Shown: positions 49,312 through 60,662, counted from the stretch's first letter. The stretch is DNA of 64,000 nucleotides from Gammaproteobacteria bacterium (GCA_965243395.1 CBDEUS010000002.1:704001-768000), one strand, 5' to 3'. The notes: generated by a model from the letters alone, not told the origin. Numbers and translations are program-made.

Positions 49312-49971
49312 TTATTCATCACTAACATGGATTTCATTGTTATCGTCATCTTCAAATTCCCAACTGTAACGCTTAATTTTCGGTGTAGGATCATAATTAC
49401 GAAATACGAATGCACAAATAATACCTAAACCTGCAGCCCATAGATGTGTTTCGTAAGACACACCTGGTTGGTGAGGGAAAATGCCCCAAATCATAGTGCC
49501 ATATAAGAAAAATACAATAAGTGAAAGGACGATGGCGAGACGATCGCGCCTTAAGATCCCGATAACAAAAATATATGCCATGATTCCATAGGTAAGGCCA
49601 CTTGCGCCAAAATGAAAAAAGGGACGCGCAGTAAACCACACACCGACTTCGGTCAATAGCCAAATTATCGTAAGCACCATCCAACAAGATCTCGGATAGC
49701 CATAAATAAGAGCTGTACCAAGAATTAATATAGCAGGAGTATTTGAAATTAAATGTTCAAATGAACTATGTATTAATGGAGCCGTGAATATGCCAATTAA
49801 ACCAGAAGTATGTTGTGGACGGACACCTAAATAAAAAAAATCAAAATTAAACATAAATGCGAATATTTTTATTAACCACAAAACTGCGGTAAAACAAAAA
49901 ACAATTAAAAAAGCTCTTTTTAATCTTGCAGCATCATGTGGAGAGGGTTGCGTAGAAGGTATGCTGAGCAT
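49312..49971 (-). CDS. Rhomboid intramembrane serine protease
   Basis: H...HLISN, GASG and SYETHL. Confidence 0.9.
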   Translation of the reverse strand: MLSIPSTQPSPHDAARLKRAFLIVFCFTAVLWLIKIFAFMFNFDFFYLGVRPQHTSGLIGIFTAPLIHSSFEHLISNTPAILILGTALIYGYPRSCWMVLTIIWLLTEVGVWFTARPFFHFGASGLTYGIMAYIFVIGILRRDRLAIVLSLIVFFLYGTMIWGIFPHQPGVSYETHLWAAGLGIICAFVFRNYDPTPKIKRYSWEFEDDDNNEIHVSDE

Positions 49972-49981
49972 TGATATCGGG

Positions 49982-50902
49982 TTAGGGTAATTCTAAATTT
50001 GAGGATTTAACATCAATGGTATTTAAACTATTATTTTCAAACTGTAATTGAAACGACCAGAAAACTTTACCGCCTTCATCGAAAGTGACATTCCAAATAT
50101 CAGATGCATGTAGTCGATTAATATCATTCAACTCATTTTTTCTTAAATCAATCATTTCCCCGCGGATATTATCTTGAGTAGAAATATAAAAAGCCTGTAG
50201 TTCCCGTAAGTGGCGTATGACATCCGTTTTACTATGACCAATCGTGAGGTTTTTAAAATTACCTTGATTGATGATTTGAGATTTAATTTGCTTAATAAGA
50301 TCCTCAGCTTTGCTGCTGGCATACTCATAGAATAATTTAATTGCATTGTTTTTGATTTCATCAAGTTCAGAATCATTGTGATAATGGTGTAAACCAAGCG
50401 CACCTTTGGTTTCGTTAGTTTTAGCGCCACTCTTATAGAGAGGAAAATCTGCTGCACTATTTGAGTTTGGGCCATAAGGCCAATAGGCGATAGCTTTATA
50501 GCTTTTGGCATTTTTACGAATGAGTTCAACAAACTCAGCAGCTTTCATTCCTTGGGGTGGGGTAACCAGCTGATGCGAAACACCTTGGCTATTACGATTT
50601 AAAAATGCATCTCGATCTGCTTGATAGGTCGAGCTCCCGGAATTTTCAGGATCGTACTGAAATGCAAAGCCTTGTAATGAGTATTGGTTTTTTATGGAAT
50701 TGGCAGTATAAACCCCACATTCATGAATAAATGTACCGCAATGTTTGAATTTATCCGTCCAAGTTAAATTTCTGCACACAAGCGAGGTACAAAGTTCCTT
50801 CTTATTAATTTTGTCGGATTTTTTGCTTTGTATTGCGCATGCGCCAACGAGGCTTAAAGCCAATATAGATAATGAGATAAATGCTATTTTGCTCGACGAC
50901 AT
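49982..50902 (-). CDS. Hypothetical lipoprotein with permuted-papain-like H...NSN motif
   Basis: LVGAC lipobox, KHCGTFI and YWPYGPNSNS. Confidence 0.55.
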   Translation of the reverse strand: MSSSKIAFISLSILALSLVGACAIQSKKSDKINKKELCTSLVCRNLTWTDKFKHCGTFIHECGVYTANSIKNQYSLQGFAFQYDPENSGSSTYQADRDAFLNRNSQGVSHQLVTPPQGMKAAEFVELIRKNAKSYKAIAYWPYGPNSNSAADFPLYKSGAKTNETKGALGLHHYHNDSELDEIKNNAIKLFYEYASSKAEDLIKQIKSQIINQGNFKNLTIGHSKTDVIRHLRELQAFYISTQDNIRGEMIDLRKNELNDINRLHASDIWNVTFDEGGKVFWSFQLQFENNSLNTIDVKSSNLELP

Positions 50903-50968
50903 GCTAGGAAATCCCTATAGTACGCATCTTTTGAAAATACATATACACAATAGTTCAGGAATAGCACA

Positions 50969-52579
50969 TTGATTTCAACCGCAAACATAACCATGCAGTT
51001 TGGCGCCAAGCCATTATTTGAAAATATATCTGCTAAATTTGGTGAGGGTAATCGTTATGGTTTGATTGGAGCAAATGGTTGCGGCAAGTCTACATTCTTG
51101 AAAATTTTGGATGGCAGTCAGGTGCCTAGTTCTGGAAATGTTTCTATTACACCTAATGAGCGTTTGGGTAAGTTAAATCAAGATCAGTTTGCTTTTGAAG
51201 ATTGTAGCGTAATCGACACGGTAATCATGGGGCATTCCCAATTATGGGAAATAAAACAGGAGCGTGAACGTATATACGCGTTACCTGAAATGTCTGAAGA
51301 AGAAGGTATGAAGGTCGCAGAACTTGAAGTTCAGTTTGCTGAACTAGATGGATATAGCGCGGAAAGTCGAGCAGGTGAACTTCTCTTGAGTGTAGGCATA
51401 GCAGAAGAATTGCATAATGGACCAATGAGCGAGGTAGCACCTGGCTGGAAGTTACGTGTATTGCTGGTGCAAGCTTTATTTTCTGATCCGGATATTTTAC
51501 TGCTTGACGAGCCAACAAATAATTTAGATATCAATACTATCCGTTGGCTGGAAAATGTTTTGAATGAACGCAAGAGCACGATGATTATCGTGTCTCATGA
51601 TAGGCATTTTTTAAATGCTGTCTGCACACACATGGCGGATATGGATTATGGTGAATTGCGTATTTATCCGGGTAACTATGATGATTTCATGCTTGCTTCT
51701 ACCCAGGCAAGAGAACGTTTACAGTCAGAAAATGCCAAAAAGAAAGCACAAATTGCGGATTTGCAACAGTTTGTGAGTCGTTTTTCTGCTAATGCATCAA
51801 AGGCACGGCAGGCGACATCGCGTATGAAACAAATCCAAAAAATTCAATTAGAGGATATTAAACCCTCTAGTCGGCGTAGTCCTTTTATTCGTTTCAATCA
51901 AGAAAAGAAAATTCATCGCCAGGCGCTAAGCATTGAAGGATTAGGACATGGTTTTGATGGAGAAATACTTTTTAGTAACGGTGAAATGATTATTGAAGCC
52001 GGTACACGTTTAGCTGTTATCGGTGAAAATGGAGTAGGTAAAAGTACTTTTCTACGTTGCTTAATGAATGAGTTAAAACCTGATCATGGGGAAATTAAAT
52101 GGTCTGAAAATGCAAGCTTGGGTTACTGTCCACAAGACACAAGTACAGAATTTAATAGCGATCTAAGTTTAGTAGATTGGATGACACAATGGCGTAAGCC
52201 TGCTCACGATGATGAGGTAGTACGTGCGACCTTAGGTCGTTTGCTGTTTTCTTCTGAGGATTTCAAAAAGCAAGTAAAAGTATGCTCTGGTGGAGAAAAA
52301 AATCGTTTGTTGTTTGGTAAATTAATATTGTCAGAGACAAATGTTTTGTTAATGGACGAACCGACTAATCATCTGGATATGGAGAGTATAGAGTCATTAA
52401 ATTTAGCACTTGAATATTTTGAAGGCACGCTAATTTTTGTCAGCCATGATCGAGAATTTGTTTCATCATTAGCAAATTGCATAGTTGAAATCAGAGATCA
52501 TCAGATGCACTTATTTCGAGGAAATTATGAAGAATACCTGGCTACCCAAATAGAGCAAGAGCGAGTAGTTAATAGTTAA
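50969..52579 (+). CDS. ybiT: ABC-F family ATPase (YbiT-like)
   Basis: Two ABC domains ([16 protein letters not shown]), [21 protein letters not shown] linker and no TM. Confidence 0.9.
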   Translation: MISTANITMQFGAKPLFENISAKFGEGNRYGLIGANGCGKSTFLKILDGSQVPSSGNVSITPNERLGKLNQDQFAFEDCSVIDTVIMGHSQLWEIKQERERIYALPEMSEEEGMKVAELEVQFAELDGYSAESRAGELLLSVGIAEELHNGPMSEVAPGWKLRVLLVQALFSDPDILLLDEPTNNLDINTIRWLENVLNERKSTMIIVSHDRHFLNAVCTHMADMDYGELRIYPGNYDDFMLASTQARERLQSENAKKKAQIADLQQFVSRFSANASKARQATSRMKQIQKIQLEDIKPSSRRSPFIRFNQEKKIHRQALSIEGLGHGFDGEILFSNGEMIIEAGTRLAVIGENGVGKSTFLRCLMNELKPDHGEIKWSENASLGYCPQDTSTEFNSDLSLVDWMTQWRKPAHDDEVVRATLGRLLFSSEDFKKQVKVCSGGEKNRLLFGKLILSETNVLLMDEPTNHLDMESIESLNLALEYFEGTLIFVSHDREFVSSLANCIVEIRDHQMHLFRGNYEEYLATQIEQERVVNS

Positions 52580-54451
52580 TTATTGATTGGAATGAAATTC
52601 TTTATGAAGTTTGCGTGCTTGTTTGGGCCACTTATCACGCTTTACTCGACCTTTATACGTTTTTAATTTGCTATCGATTAATTCAATATCTTCGGCTGTG
52701 AATTCTGCAATTTGCTCAAAGTGATAAACTCCAAGACGATGTAGTTTGCGTTCAAGTTTAGGTCCGACACCATTTATAAGCTGTAAATCATCTAGTTCAC
52801 CTGTAGGGCGTTTCATACCCAAAGGTTTAATGCGTCTTCTACTCGGCTTATGAGTAGATTTTTTGCGCGTGTAAGTCCCGCCACGCATTAATATTTTTGC
52901 TTGTTTTATCCATTCTTCCCGGTCGATACGCCCTTTAAAATTGAGCATATCATCAACCGCGGAAACATCTTTGCGTGTGAATCCAGCAATTTGCTCGAAG
53001 TAAAATATGCCAAATTTATGCAATGTTTTTTCAAGAACCACTCCGATTCCTGAAATAAGTTTTAAATCATCAGGTTTGCGAGAGGGTTTTTTTAATCCGT
53101 AAGGTTTAATTTTTTGTTTAGTTGGAGTGTCATGTTTAGTTTTTTTGCTCAATGAAGTCGTATTTTTTACCGCGGCAGTACGAGTGCTGCCATTAGCTTG
53201 CGATTTGATTTTGCCATTACCATTTATGTGAATGATGTTGTCATGATTTATACCATTAACGTGATTGCTACCATTACCATTAGCCCTGCCATTACCGTTT
53301 CCATTAAAGGTAGCAGCTCCATTCGCGGGCTTAAGTATGGCTTTTTGAGCATCTTTAATGAAATTTTCTAACTCATGTATATGTGCATCGCGTGCAGATA
53401 TTGTGCTTTTTAAAGCAGGTATTTTTTGCTCTAAAGTGTTTACTTTTTGTTTAAGTTGAAAGACTAGATGTTCACTTTTTTCCAAGTTCTTTCGAAGTGG
53501 TGGTATTTCATTGGTAAGTTTATTGATTTCGGTATTTAAGCTTAGGATGCTAGCATCTCGTTTTTTGATACTATTTTCTAAATTAGGAATTCTATTGCTC
53601 TGGTTTTCTAACGCTTTTTGTAATTCCAAGATTTCGCTTTCTCTAGACTCAAAGCTTTTTTGCAGCCCGCTAAGCTCAGAAATATCTAACTGAAGCGCAG
53701 CTATAATTTCATCACGTTGCTGTAGTTCTTTGCTAATTGAATCATTTTCTTTTTCTGCATCTAATTCAGCTTGAAGATTAGATAAAGTTTCATTTTTTTC
53801 ATTTAATTCATTTTTTAAGTGAGTAAGTTCAATAATATGATTTTCGAACTCTTTTTCACGTTTGTATAATCTATCGCGTAATAACTCTAGTTCTTTATTA
53901 ATAGATTCATTACGTTTTCTGGTTCCGTCAAATTTGTTTTGTAGAGTAACAATTTCGTCTTGTTTGTTTTTTAGCTCTAAATTATTTTTGTTATAATGTT
54001 TGGTTGCTTTACCTAAAAGAGCCTTTAAGCTATCTGCATCACTAGAATTTTCACGGAGTGAACCTAATTTATGTTTATGTAGTTTAAGTTCATCTGTAGT
54101 GACATGAAGGCGGGCAGTTGTTTGCCCCAGTAGATTTTTCAGTTGTTCAATTTCAGTGTTTGTTACCAGAGCTAATGCCTCAGAAGTATTCAATTGCTCC
54201 GATAATTTATTTTTTTCTTTGTTTAGGGAGTCGATCTGTGCTGCTCTGTTATTCAGTACTTTATCCATTTCCGCCAAATTCATAGTTGCGGACTTGTATT
54301 TAGTATCTAAATTCCTATATTGGTGATGCCAATCATTTTCTAGCTTTGCAAATTTACTTTTTAAACGGCCCCAAATGATCCAACCTATTAGTAAACCCAA
54401 TAAGAATGTAGCTGTTAGTGAAAATATAAGATTGGGAATCAAATAAGACAT
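52580..54451 (-). CDS. Membrane-anchored coiled-coil protein with two C-terminal HhH (COG3743-like) domains
   Basis: TM, long heptad region, NG-rich linker, DDLKLISGIG...EQIA...WIKQA and DDLQLINGVGP...EQIA...WPKQA. Confidence 0.8.
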   Translation of the reverse strand: MSYLIPNLIFSLTATFLLGLLIGWIIWGRLKSKFAKLENDWHHQYRNLDTKYKSATMNLAEMDKVLNNRAAQIDSLNKEKNKLSEQLNTSEALALVTNTEIEQLKNLLGQTTARLHVTTDELKLHKHKLGSLRENSSDADSLKALLGKATKHYNKNNLELKNKQDEIVTLQNKFDGTRKRNESINKELELLRDRLYKREKEFENHIIELTHLKNELNEKNETLSNLQAELDAEKENDSISKELQQRDEIIAALQLDISELSGLQKSFESRESEILELQKALENQSNRIPNLENSIKKRDASILSLNTEINKLTNEIPPLRKNLEKSEHLVFQLKQKVNTLEQKIPALKSTISARDAHIHELENFIKDAQKAILKPANGAATFNGNGNGRANGNGSNHVNGINHDNIIHINGNGKIKSQANGSTRTAAVKNTTSLSKKTKHDTPTKQKIKPYGLKKPSRKPDDLKLISGIGVVLEKTLHKFGIFYFEQIAGFTRKDVSAVDDMLNFKGRIDREEWIKQAKILMRGGTYTRKKSTHKPSRRRIKPLGMKRPTGELDDLQLINGVGPKLERKLHRLGVYHFEQIAEFTAEDIELIDSKLKTYKGRVKRDKWPKQARKLHKEFHSNQ

Positions 54452-54978
54452 TTTTAAGTAAGCACTCCAGCTAATTTTTTATTAGATAAGGCAATTTGTT
54501 GTTCTATTTTGGTTTGCTACTTTTTATCCAACCAGGCATGCACTTTTATGACTGTTTTCAACGTCAAACCAAGTAATATTAATAATATTACATTAACTAC
54601 TGTTAATGAACTATTTTTTGACGCAACTATAAGTGCTCAATAAAGAAAAATTATATTAAGGAGAGTTTTATAAATTTAAGCATATCGTTATGAGTAAATT
54701 AATTTGCTTAAAACTTAAAGTAAAAGATTAAAAAAAATCTGTAAGTTAAATTATTTATCGAATCTTAAGGACGAAATGATTATTTTATGGTTTTAATTAC
54801 ATGCGTTTGTTCAAAATTTAAACATTGGTACAGCCTTGATAATATATAAATATAGCTATCACATAAGCTAGAATTTAGGTTAATGATGATTTAGTCAATT
54901 TTGAATGTAATGAAATTCTAGTATCTCATGTCTTAACTAAGCACAACTCTTATTTAATCAGTCTTTATAAGCTACATA

Positions 54979-56340
54979 ATGGAATATGCTCTAATCACTA
55001 TTGCAGGTGTGATAGCCATGCTGTCGATCGTATTGGCGCCAACTGCTAAAACTGTAAATGCCTTTTTTTCTGGGGCCTCACCACTAGGTCAAGCACCAGG
55101 TTTATTTACCCTAACGTTCTCACAAGTTACGACCTGGATATTTGCGCGTTCATTAATGAATGCCGCTATTTTGGGATATTTTTATGGGCTCTGGGGCACA
55201 CTGGCTTATGCGGGATATTACTTATCTTTCTTAACCGGTGGAAAGATTATCGATCAGCTGCGTTTCGAACAAGGCTTTAATAGTGTTCAAGAGTTTCTAT
55301 TTGCACGTTTTGGCAGCATTGGGATGACTTGCTACAACATCGTTATCGTTATCCGCTTAATTAGTGAAGTCTTCGCAAACTTGTTAGTAATAGGCTTATT
55401 GTTTGGAATGGCAGGATCAAATGCATATGTGTTATCCATAATTATTTTTTCGGCAGCAACCTTATTGTATTCAATGCTAGGTGGCTTGCATGCTTCATTG
55501 AAAACGGATGTCATGCAAATGAGCATATTTGTGTTTGTATTGATACTGCTAGTCGCAGCTGTATTGGGTGGCGGGCAGTTTGCCTTATCAGATTTATTCT
55601 TCAAAGATTTTCAGTTCGATCAGCCCGGACCCATATTGATGTTAGTAGCACTACTTCAAATTTGGAGCTACCCCTTACATGATCCCGTAATGATGGATCG
55701 TGGTTTTTTAGCGGATCGTGATACTACCCGCAGAAGTTTCTATCATGCTGCATGGATTAGTATAGTGTGTATTATCACGTTCGGTTGTATCGGTGTATGG
55801 GCAGGTGCACATGCAGGCGAAGGCGATACGATGAATACAGTATTGCTGCGCTTGTTGGGCGAGTGGCCAATGTTATTGTTCAGCACGACCTTGGTGATTT
55901 CTGCTATGTCCACATTAGACAGCACTTTATCGAGTTCCTCTAAATTGATTGTTGTAGATATGAAGTTAGTAAGCGCAAAAGTGAATAATGGTCGTTTAAT
56001 TATGTTAGCGTTTATGTTGCTTGGATTATTATGCGTGTTTTTCGGGAGCCAAGACTTGTTCAGTGCGGTTGCTGTAAGTGGAACAGCTTCATTATTTTTA
56101 GCTCCAGTGGTATTTTTTTCTATTTTTGCAAATCAACAAAATATTCCTAAATGGAGTTATTTGCTTGCGTTCATAATTGCTATGGCAGGAGCAAGCCTTT
56201 ATTTTCTAGAGTCTTCGGGCCATACTCAGTTGTTGGGAGAAATGCATAAATATACTAAGTTATTATTTATCTCTTTAACTATTCTTGTTGTTGGTTGTGG
56301 ATCGTTTTTTATTGGTAAAATATCGCACCAAAATAGTTAA
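54979..56340 (+). CDS. Sodium:solute symporter-like transporter
   Basis: About 12 TM helices, YSMLGGLHASLKTD, DPVMMDRGF and SAMSTLDS. Confidence 0.85.
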   Translation: MEYALITIAGVIAMLSIVLAPTAKTVNAFFSGASPLGQAPGLFTLTFSQVTTWIFARSLMNAAILGYFYGLWGTLAYAGYYLSFLTGGKIIDQLRFEQGFNSVQEFLFARFGSIGMTCYNIVIVIRLISEVFANLLVIGLLFGMAGSNAYVLSIIIFSAATLLYSMLGGLHASLKTDVMQMSIFVFVLILLVAAVLGGGQFALSDLFFKDFQFDQPGPILMLVALLQIWSYPLHDPVMMDRGFLADRDTTRRSFYHAAWISIVCIITFGCIGVWAGAHAGEGDTMNTVLLRLLGEWPMLLFSTTLVISAMSTLDSTLSSSSKLIVVDMKLVSAKVNNGRLIMLAFMLLGLLCVFFGSQDLFSAVAVSGTASLFLAPVVFFSIFANQQNIPKWSYLLAFIIAMAGASLYFLESSGHTQLLGEMHKYTKLLFISLTILVVGCGSFFIGKISHQNS

Positions 56341-56362
56341 ACATTGATGAGGTTGTATTGTA

Positions 56363-56848
56363 GTGAAACAAATTGCACTTGTTTTACTAATATTCATTTT
56401 ATTCAGTTTAGTCGCTTGTGATGATTTTAACTTTTCGAGTGTATATGAAAGAAAAGTTACTAAAGTATTAGACGGTGATTCATTCAATATTCTCCAACAA
56501 GGTAAAGAAATTCGTATTCGACTTGCTGAAATCGATGCGCCCGAGCATGGTCAGGCAATGGGGAAAAAATCTAAACAAGCATTAGAAAAACTTGTTGCGG
56601 GTAAACTTGTTGTTATTGAAGAATTTGATCGTGATCAATATGGTCGTATTGTAGGACATGTTTATCTTAAAGATGTTTGGATAAATGCCAAGCTTGTTCA
56701 GCAGGGGCATGCATATGTATATACGCGATATGCTGTTTCTAAAAAGTTGTATGAATTTCAAGCAGAAGCACAAAAATACAAACGTGGAGTTTGGTTATTA
56801 CCAGAACAACAAAGAATTGAACCATGGGAATGGCGTAAACAGAATTGA
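56363..56848 (+). CDS. Thermonuclease (SNase) family lipoprotein
   Basis: LVAC lipobox, DGDS, IRLAEIDAPE, DQYGR and PWEWRK. Confidence 0.92.
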   Translation: MKQIALVLLIFILFSLVACDDFNFSSVYERKVTKVLDGDSFNILQQGKEIRIRLAEIDAPEHGQAMGKKSKQALEKLVAGKLVVIEEFDRDQYGRIVGHVYLKDVWINAKLVQQGHAYVYTRYAVSKKLYEFQAEAQKYKRGVWLLPEQQRIEPWEWRKQN

Positions 56849-56921
56849 TTCCTCAAGATTTAAAGTAATCATTAACTTGTAAATTTTTAAACACAATCTA
56901 CTAGAAGTAATCTCATTTTCT

Positions 56922-56939
56922 GTGTCACAAAAACATCAT
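56922..56939 (+). promoter_or_regulatory. Putative Pho box upstream of phoX
   Basis: gtgtcac-aaaa-acatcat: half sites 11 bp apart, resembling CTGTCAT-A-rich-CTGTCAT. Confidence 0.5.
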
Positions 56940-57041
56940 AGTTTGTTAAAAAAAAATTCATTTTGCGGTAAATTTTTCTAAACAAGCAGAGCATACAGTC
57001 TCAATCCTACTCAGTAATAAAACCTGTAGGGAGAGAACTGC

Positions 57042-58958
57042 ATGTCTCAAGAATACGAACAAGATCTTAGCGACAATGCCATTTGTAACCAATCTGGCAA
57101 TGTCCCGTTTCACAAAGTTTTAGAAGCTCGCCTTTCAAGGCGAGATATATTAAAAGGTGGTTTAGCTGGTGCGGCTACAACTTTCTTCGCAGCAGCTTCA
57201 CCTGTAACTTATGCAAGTAAGGTTGGATTTAACCCTGTTCCAGTAGCTGAAGGTTCAGGGCCATGGCCAAGTATCTCATCGGACTACCAGTGGGATGTTC
57301 TAATCCCCTGGGGAGAGCCACTAGAGCCCGATGGACCTGCTTTTAATTACCCACCCAATGCTGCGGATCAAGCTAAACAGGTTGGCATTGGTCATGATGG
57401 TATGTGGTACTTCCCGATTAAAAGCAGAGATAGTAATCGATGTGGTTGGGATGTTTGGGATTGGAATGATTACCAAAGTTGGCATAAAAATATGGAAAAC
57501 CCAGTTTACAGACGTGGTAACTGGCATGGTGTACTTTGTATTAATCATGAGTTTGGTCGCAATACACATGTGTTGGCCAAAGAAGCACCTGAGAATTTAG
57601 AAGATGTTCGTGTCTCACAACATGCGCATGGGGTATCCGTTGTTGAACTTATGAAGTTCGGTGGACGTGCTGATGGCAAGTGGCGACAGGTGAAAAGTGA
57701 CATTGCGCGACGTATCCACGTCAACACACCCGTAGAGTTTAGTGGTCCAGTTGAAGGTTCAGATCTGCTAAAAACTCCTAACGGAAATATACCATTAGGT
57801 ACAGTTAATAATTGTGCGAACGGTTACACCCCATGGGGCACATATTTAACCTGTGAAGAAAATTTCAATGGTTATTTTGGAGCGACGGGTGAGTGGACGG
57901 CAACTCCAGAGCAAGAGCGTTATGGCTTTAGCGAAAGCGGATTTGGTTACGGTTGGCAAAATTTTGATAAGCGATTTGATTTATCTGACCCTGATTATCA
58001 GAATGAAGAGAATCGTTTTGGTTGGATAGTTGAAATCGATCCAATGGATGGCACCTCAAAACCTGTTAAACGTACTGCACTTGGTAGAGTCAAACATGAA
58101 GGAATCGCACTCACTGTTGGGGCCGGGGGTCGTGTGGTTGGTTACATGGGCGATGACCAACGTTTTGATTACATCTATAAATTTGTATCCGAAGGTAACT
58201 GGCGAGAGATGCTTCACGCAGGCAAAAGCCCTTTAGATTACGGCAAACTTTATGTAGCAAGGTTTAATGAAGATGGCACTGGCGATTGGTTAGAGCTTAC
58301 TATCGATAACTCCGAAATTGCACAACGTTTCAGTAGTCAAGAAGAAGTATTAACGTATGCTCGGATTGCTGCGGATATTTTAGGTGCGACTCCAATGGAT
58401 CGACCAGAATGGACTACGGTTGCACCAGATGGTCTTGTTTACTGTACCTTAACCAATAATAGTCGTCGTGAAGTAGCGGATGCGGCAAATCCTTTAGCCC
58501 CTAACGCGGATGGCCACATTATCCGCTGGAAGGATACTGAAAGATTTACTGGTCTGCATTTTGATTGGGACATCTATCTAATTTCACAATCTACACATGG
58601 CACTGAAGATACCTTCAGTGATCCGGACGGACTATGGGCTGATCCAGATGGCCGCTTGTTTATTCAAACGGATGGTGGTCAAACAGATGGTGGAGAAGAG
58701 ATTGTGCTAAACAATCAAATGTTAGTATCTGATTTACGCTCGGGAGACTTACGCCGATTATTTACTGGTGTTACCAGTGATGAGATTACCGGAATTGCTG
58801 TAACCCCTAACCGTAAAACTATGTTTATCAATTCTCAACATCCTGGTAATGGTGATCCTACGTTAACAAATTTCCCTGCGCCGTTTGATGGTGTGACAAT
58901 ACCTCGCGACTCTACTATTGTGATCACGCGCAAAAACTTTGGAATTATAGGTACATAA
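57042..58958 (+). CDS. phoX: Tat-exported PhoX alkaline phosphatase
   Basis: SRRDILKG Tat motif, HDGM, NHE, NCANGYTPWGTYLTCEEN, KRTALGR.KHE, MDRPE, PDGL and QHPG. Confidence 0.95.
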   Translation: MSQEYEQDLSDNAICNQSGNVPFHKVLEARLSRRDILKGGLAGAATTFFAAASPVTYASKVGFNPVPVAEGSGPWPSISSDYQWDVLIPWGEPLEPDGPAFNYPPNAADQAKQVGIGHDGMWYFPIKSRDSNRCGWDVWDWNDYQSWHKNMENPVYRRGNWHGVLCINHEFGRNTHVLAKEAPENLEDVRVSQHAHGVSVVELMKFGGRADGKWRQVKSDIARRIHVNTPVEFSGPVEGSDLLKTPNGNIPLGTVNNCANGYTPWGTYLTCEENFNGYFGATGEWTATPEQERYGFSESGFGYGWQNFDKRFDLSDPDYQNEENRFGWIVEIDPMDGTSKPVKRTALGRVKHEGIALTVGAGGRVVGYMGDDQRFDYIYKFVSEGNWREMLHAGKSPLDYGKLYVARFNEDGTGDWLELTIDNSEIAQRFSSQEEVLTYARIAADILGATPMDRPEWTTVAPDGLVYCTLTNNSRREVADAANPLAPNADGHIIRWKDTERFTGLHFDWDIYLISQSTHGTEDTFSDPDGLWADPDGRLFIQTDGGQTDGGEEIVLNNQMLVSDLRSGDLRRLFTGVTSDEITGIAVTPNRKTMFINSQHPGNGDPTLTNFPAPFDGVTIPRDSTIVITRKNFGIIGT

Positions 58959-59009
58959 ACTTCACCCCAAGCTGCCGTTTATACTAAAAATAACCTGGTA
59001 GCACCCACT

Positions 59010-59038
59010 AAAAAGCCTCGGCATGCCGAGGCTTTTTT
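59010..59038. terminator. Bidirectional rho-independent terminator
   Basis: aaaaagcctcggc-at-gccgaggctttttt. Confidence 0.9.
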
Positions 59039-59057
59039 ATTTCTCTAATTCTACAAT

Positions 59058-59306
59058 TTAAAAAATTATCAGGAGTAGAAAAAACAAAAAAACAGCACCA
59101 TAAATTCCCATAAATATCCAATATTCTTTTTCTTCTGAATTGCGGTGTTTTTTTATAGCCCAGTCATCCAGCTCCAATACGCTAGCAAGTAAACCTTTGT
59201 CGTAATTTTTTACCCAAACTGCTTGGGTTAACCAGCCTTCAATTAAAAGAAAACCCGTAAACAAAAGTCCAATAAGAAAAAAAAGAGTTTGAAAGAGTAT
59301 TAACAT
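59058..59306 (-). CDS. Small two-TM hypothetical protein
   Basis: 82 aa with two hydrophobic segments and YW before the second TM. Confidence 0.6.
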   Translation of the reverse strand: MLILFQTLFFLIGLLFTGFLLIEGWLTQAVWVKNYDKGLLASVLELDDWAIKKHRNSEEKEYWIFMGIYGAVFLFFLLLIIF

Positions 59307-59422
59307 GATCTACACATCAATCCATAGTCAATAAAAGCCCTAAATCTAGTTTAGTAATTGCATTGGAAACAGGCTTAACATCTATGCTTAAATAGTCTTG
59401 TTTAAACGATAAAATGCTTTTT

Positions 59423-59776
59423 TTAATGATCTGACCATACCGCATATTCATTGTCATTTGGATCGGCAAAATGGAAACGCCGCCCACCAGGAAAAGAGAA
59501 AATTTCTTCAATGATAGTCCCACCTGCTTGAATAATTTTTTCTTGGGTCTGTTCTAGAGCGTTACTGTAAAAAACAATCAAAGCACTGCCATTTTGTACA
59601 GAACAATTCAATTCAGAAGTGAAAAAACCACCATCCAATCCTTCATTTTCAAATGCACTATAGTCAGGGCCATAATCAGTAAATGACCAGCTAAATACTT
59701 TACTGAAAAATTTTTTTGTTGCTTGAATGTTTTTTGCGGGCAATTCTACGTAATTAATTTTTTCATGAACATTCAT
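59423..59776 (-). CDS. VOC/glyoxalase family protein
   Basis: INYVELPA, FTDYGPDY, GGF and FPGGRRFHFADP..NE.AVWS. Confidence 0.92.
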   Translation of the reverse strand: MNVHEKINYVELPAKNIQATKKFFSKVFSWSFTDYGPDYSAFENEGLDGGFFTSELNCSVQNGSALIVFYSNALEQTQEKIIQAGGTIIEEIFSFPGGRRFHFADPNDNEYAVWSDH

Positions 59777-59909
59777 AAGGTCTCTCTATTAGAGTTGTGT
59801 TATCGGTATGCGATATTTATTAATTGTTAAATTGACTTGTAATAGAATAATAACAAATACCTGTCATATAAAAATCAACCATACACCTAGATTAAAATGA
59901 GGACCAACC

Positions 59910-60662
59910 ATGACGAATTCATACGATATAAAAGACAAAACGGCACTAGTTACAGGCGCCAATCGCGGTATTGGTAAAGCAATAGTAGAAGCACTTTTAG
60001 ATAAAGGCGGCGCTAAAAAAGTTTATGCTGCAGTGAGAAATTTAGAGTCTGCTAAACCTTTGCAGGAACAATATGGAGATAAAATAGAGGCGATACATAT
60101 AGATTTAGAAAGTCCTGACACGATTGAGCAGGCTGCGGCTAAAGCTACCGATGTAGAGATTGTAGTCAATAATGCCGGGGTGCTAAAAACTTCAACACCT
60201 TTGGATGCTGGAGCCTTGGATACCATGGGTTATGAAATGGACATGAATGTGAATGGCTTAATTCGTATGGCTCAAGCTTTTGCGCCCATCTTAAAAGCAA
60301 ATGGCGGAGGTGCTTTAGTGCAACTAAACTCGGTCGCATCAATTAAGTGTTTTGCTCCTTTTGCAACTTACTGTGCTTCAAAAGCAGCAGCCTATTCCAT
60401 CACACAAGCGTTGCGTGATTTACTACAAGAACAAGGCACAGCAGTGGTTAGTGTACATCCTGGCCCGATTGCAACCGATATGGCAACAGATGCAGGAATT
60501 GGAGAAATTGCCGAACCACCTAGTCTGGTAGCCGATAGTATTCTCGCTGCTTTAGAAAATGGCGAATTTCATGCGTTTCCAGACACTATGGCAAAACAAA
60601 TCGAAGGCGCCTATCAAGGTTTTGCAGAAAATGTTGTGAATGCAAATCTGCTAGAAGGCTGA
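59910..60662 (+). CDS. Short-chain dehydrogenase/reductase
   Basis: [17 protein letters not shown] and HPGPIATD. Confidence 0.93.
   Translation: MTNSYDIKDKTALVTGANRGIGKAIVEALLDKGGAKKVYAAVRNLESAKPLQEQYGDKIEAIHIDLESPDTIEQAAAKATDVEIVVNNAGVLKTSTPLDAGALDTMGYEMDMNVNGLIRMAQAFAPILKANGGGALVQLNSVASIKCFAPFATYCASKAAAYSITQALRDLLQEQGTAVVSVHPGPIATDMATDAGIGEIAEPPSLVADSILAALENGEFHAFPDTMAKQIEGAYQGFAENVVNANLLEG

Noticed and set aside
54452-54978. Long very AT-rich intergenic region as a possible replication origin
   Set aside because: No clustered DnaA boxes seen. It is simply a divergent promoter region.
59317-59523. 68-aa minus-strand ORF overlapping the VOC gene
   Set aside because: Out-of-frame overlap with a well-supported gene, no RBS and no motifs.
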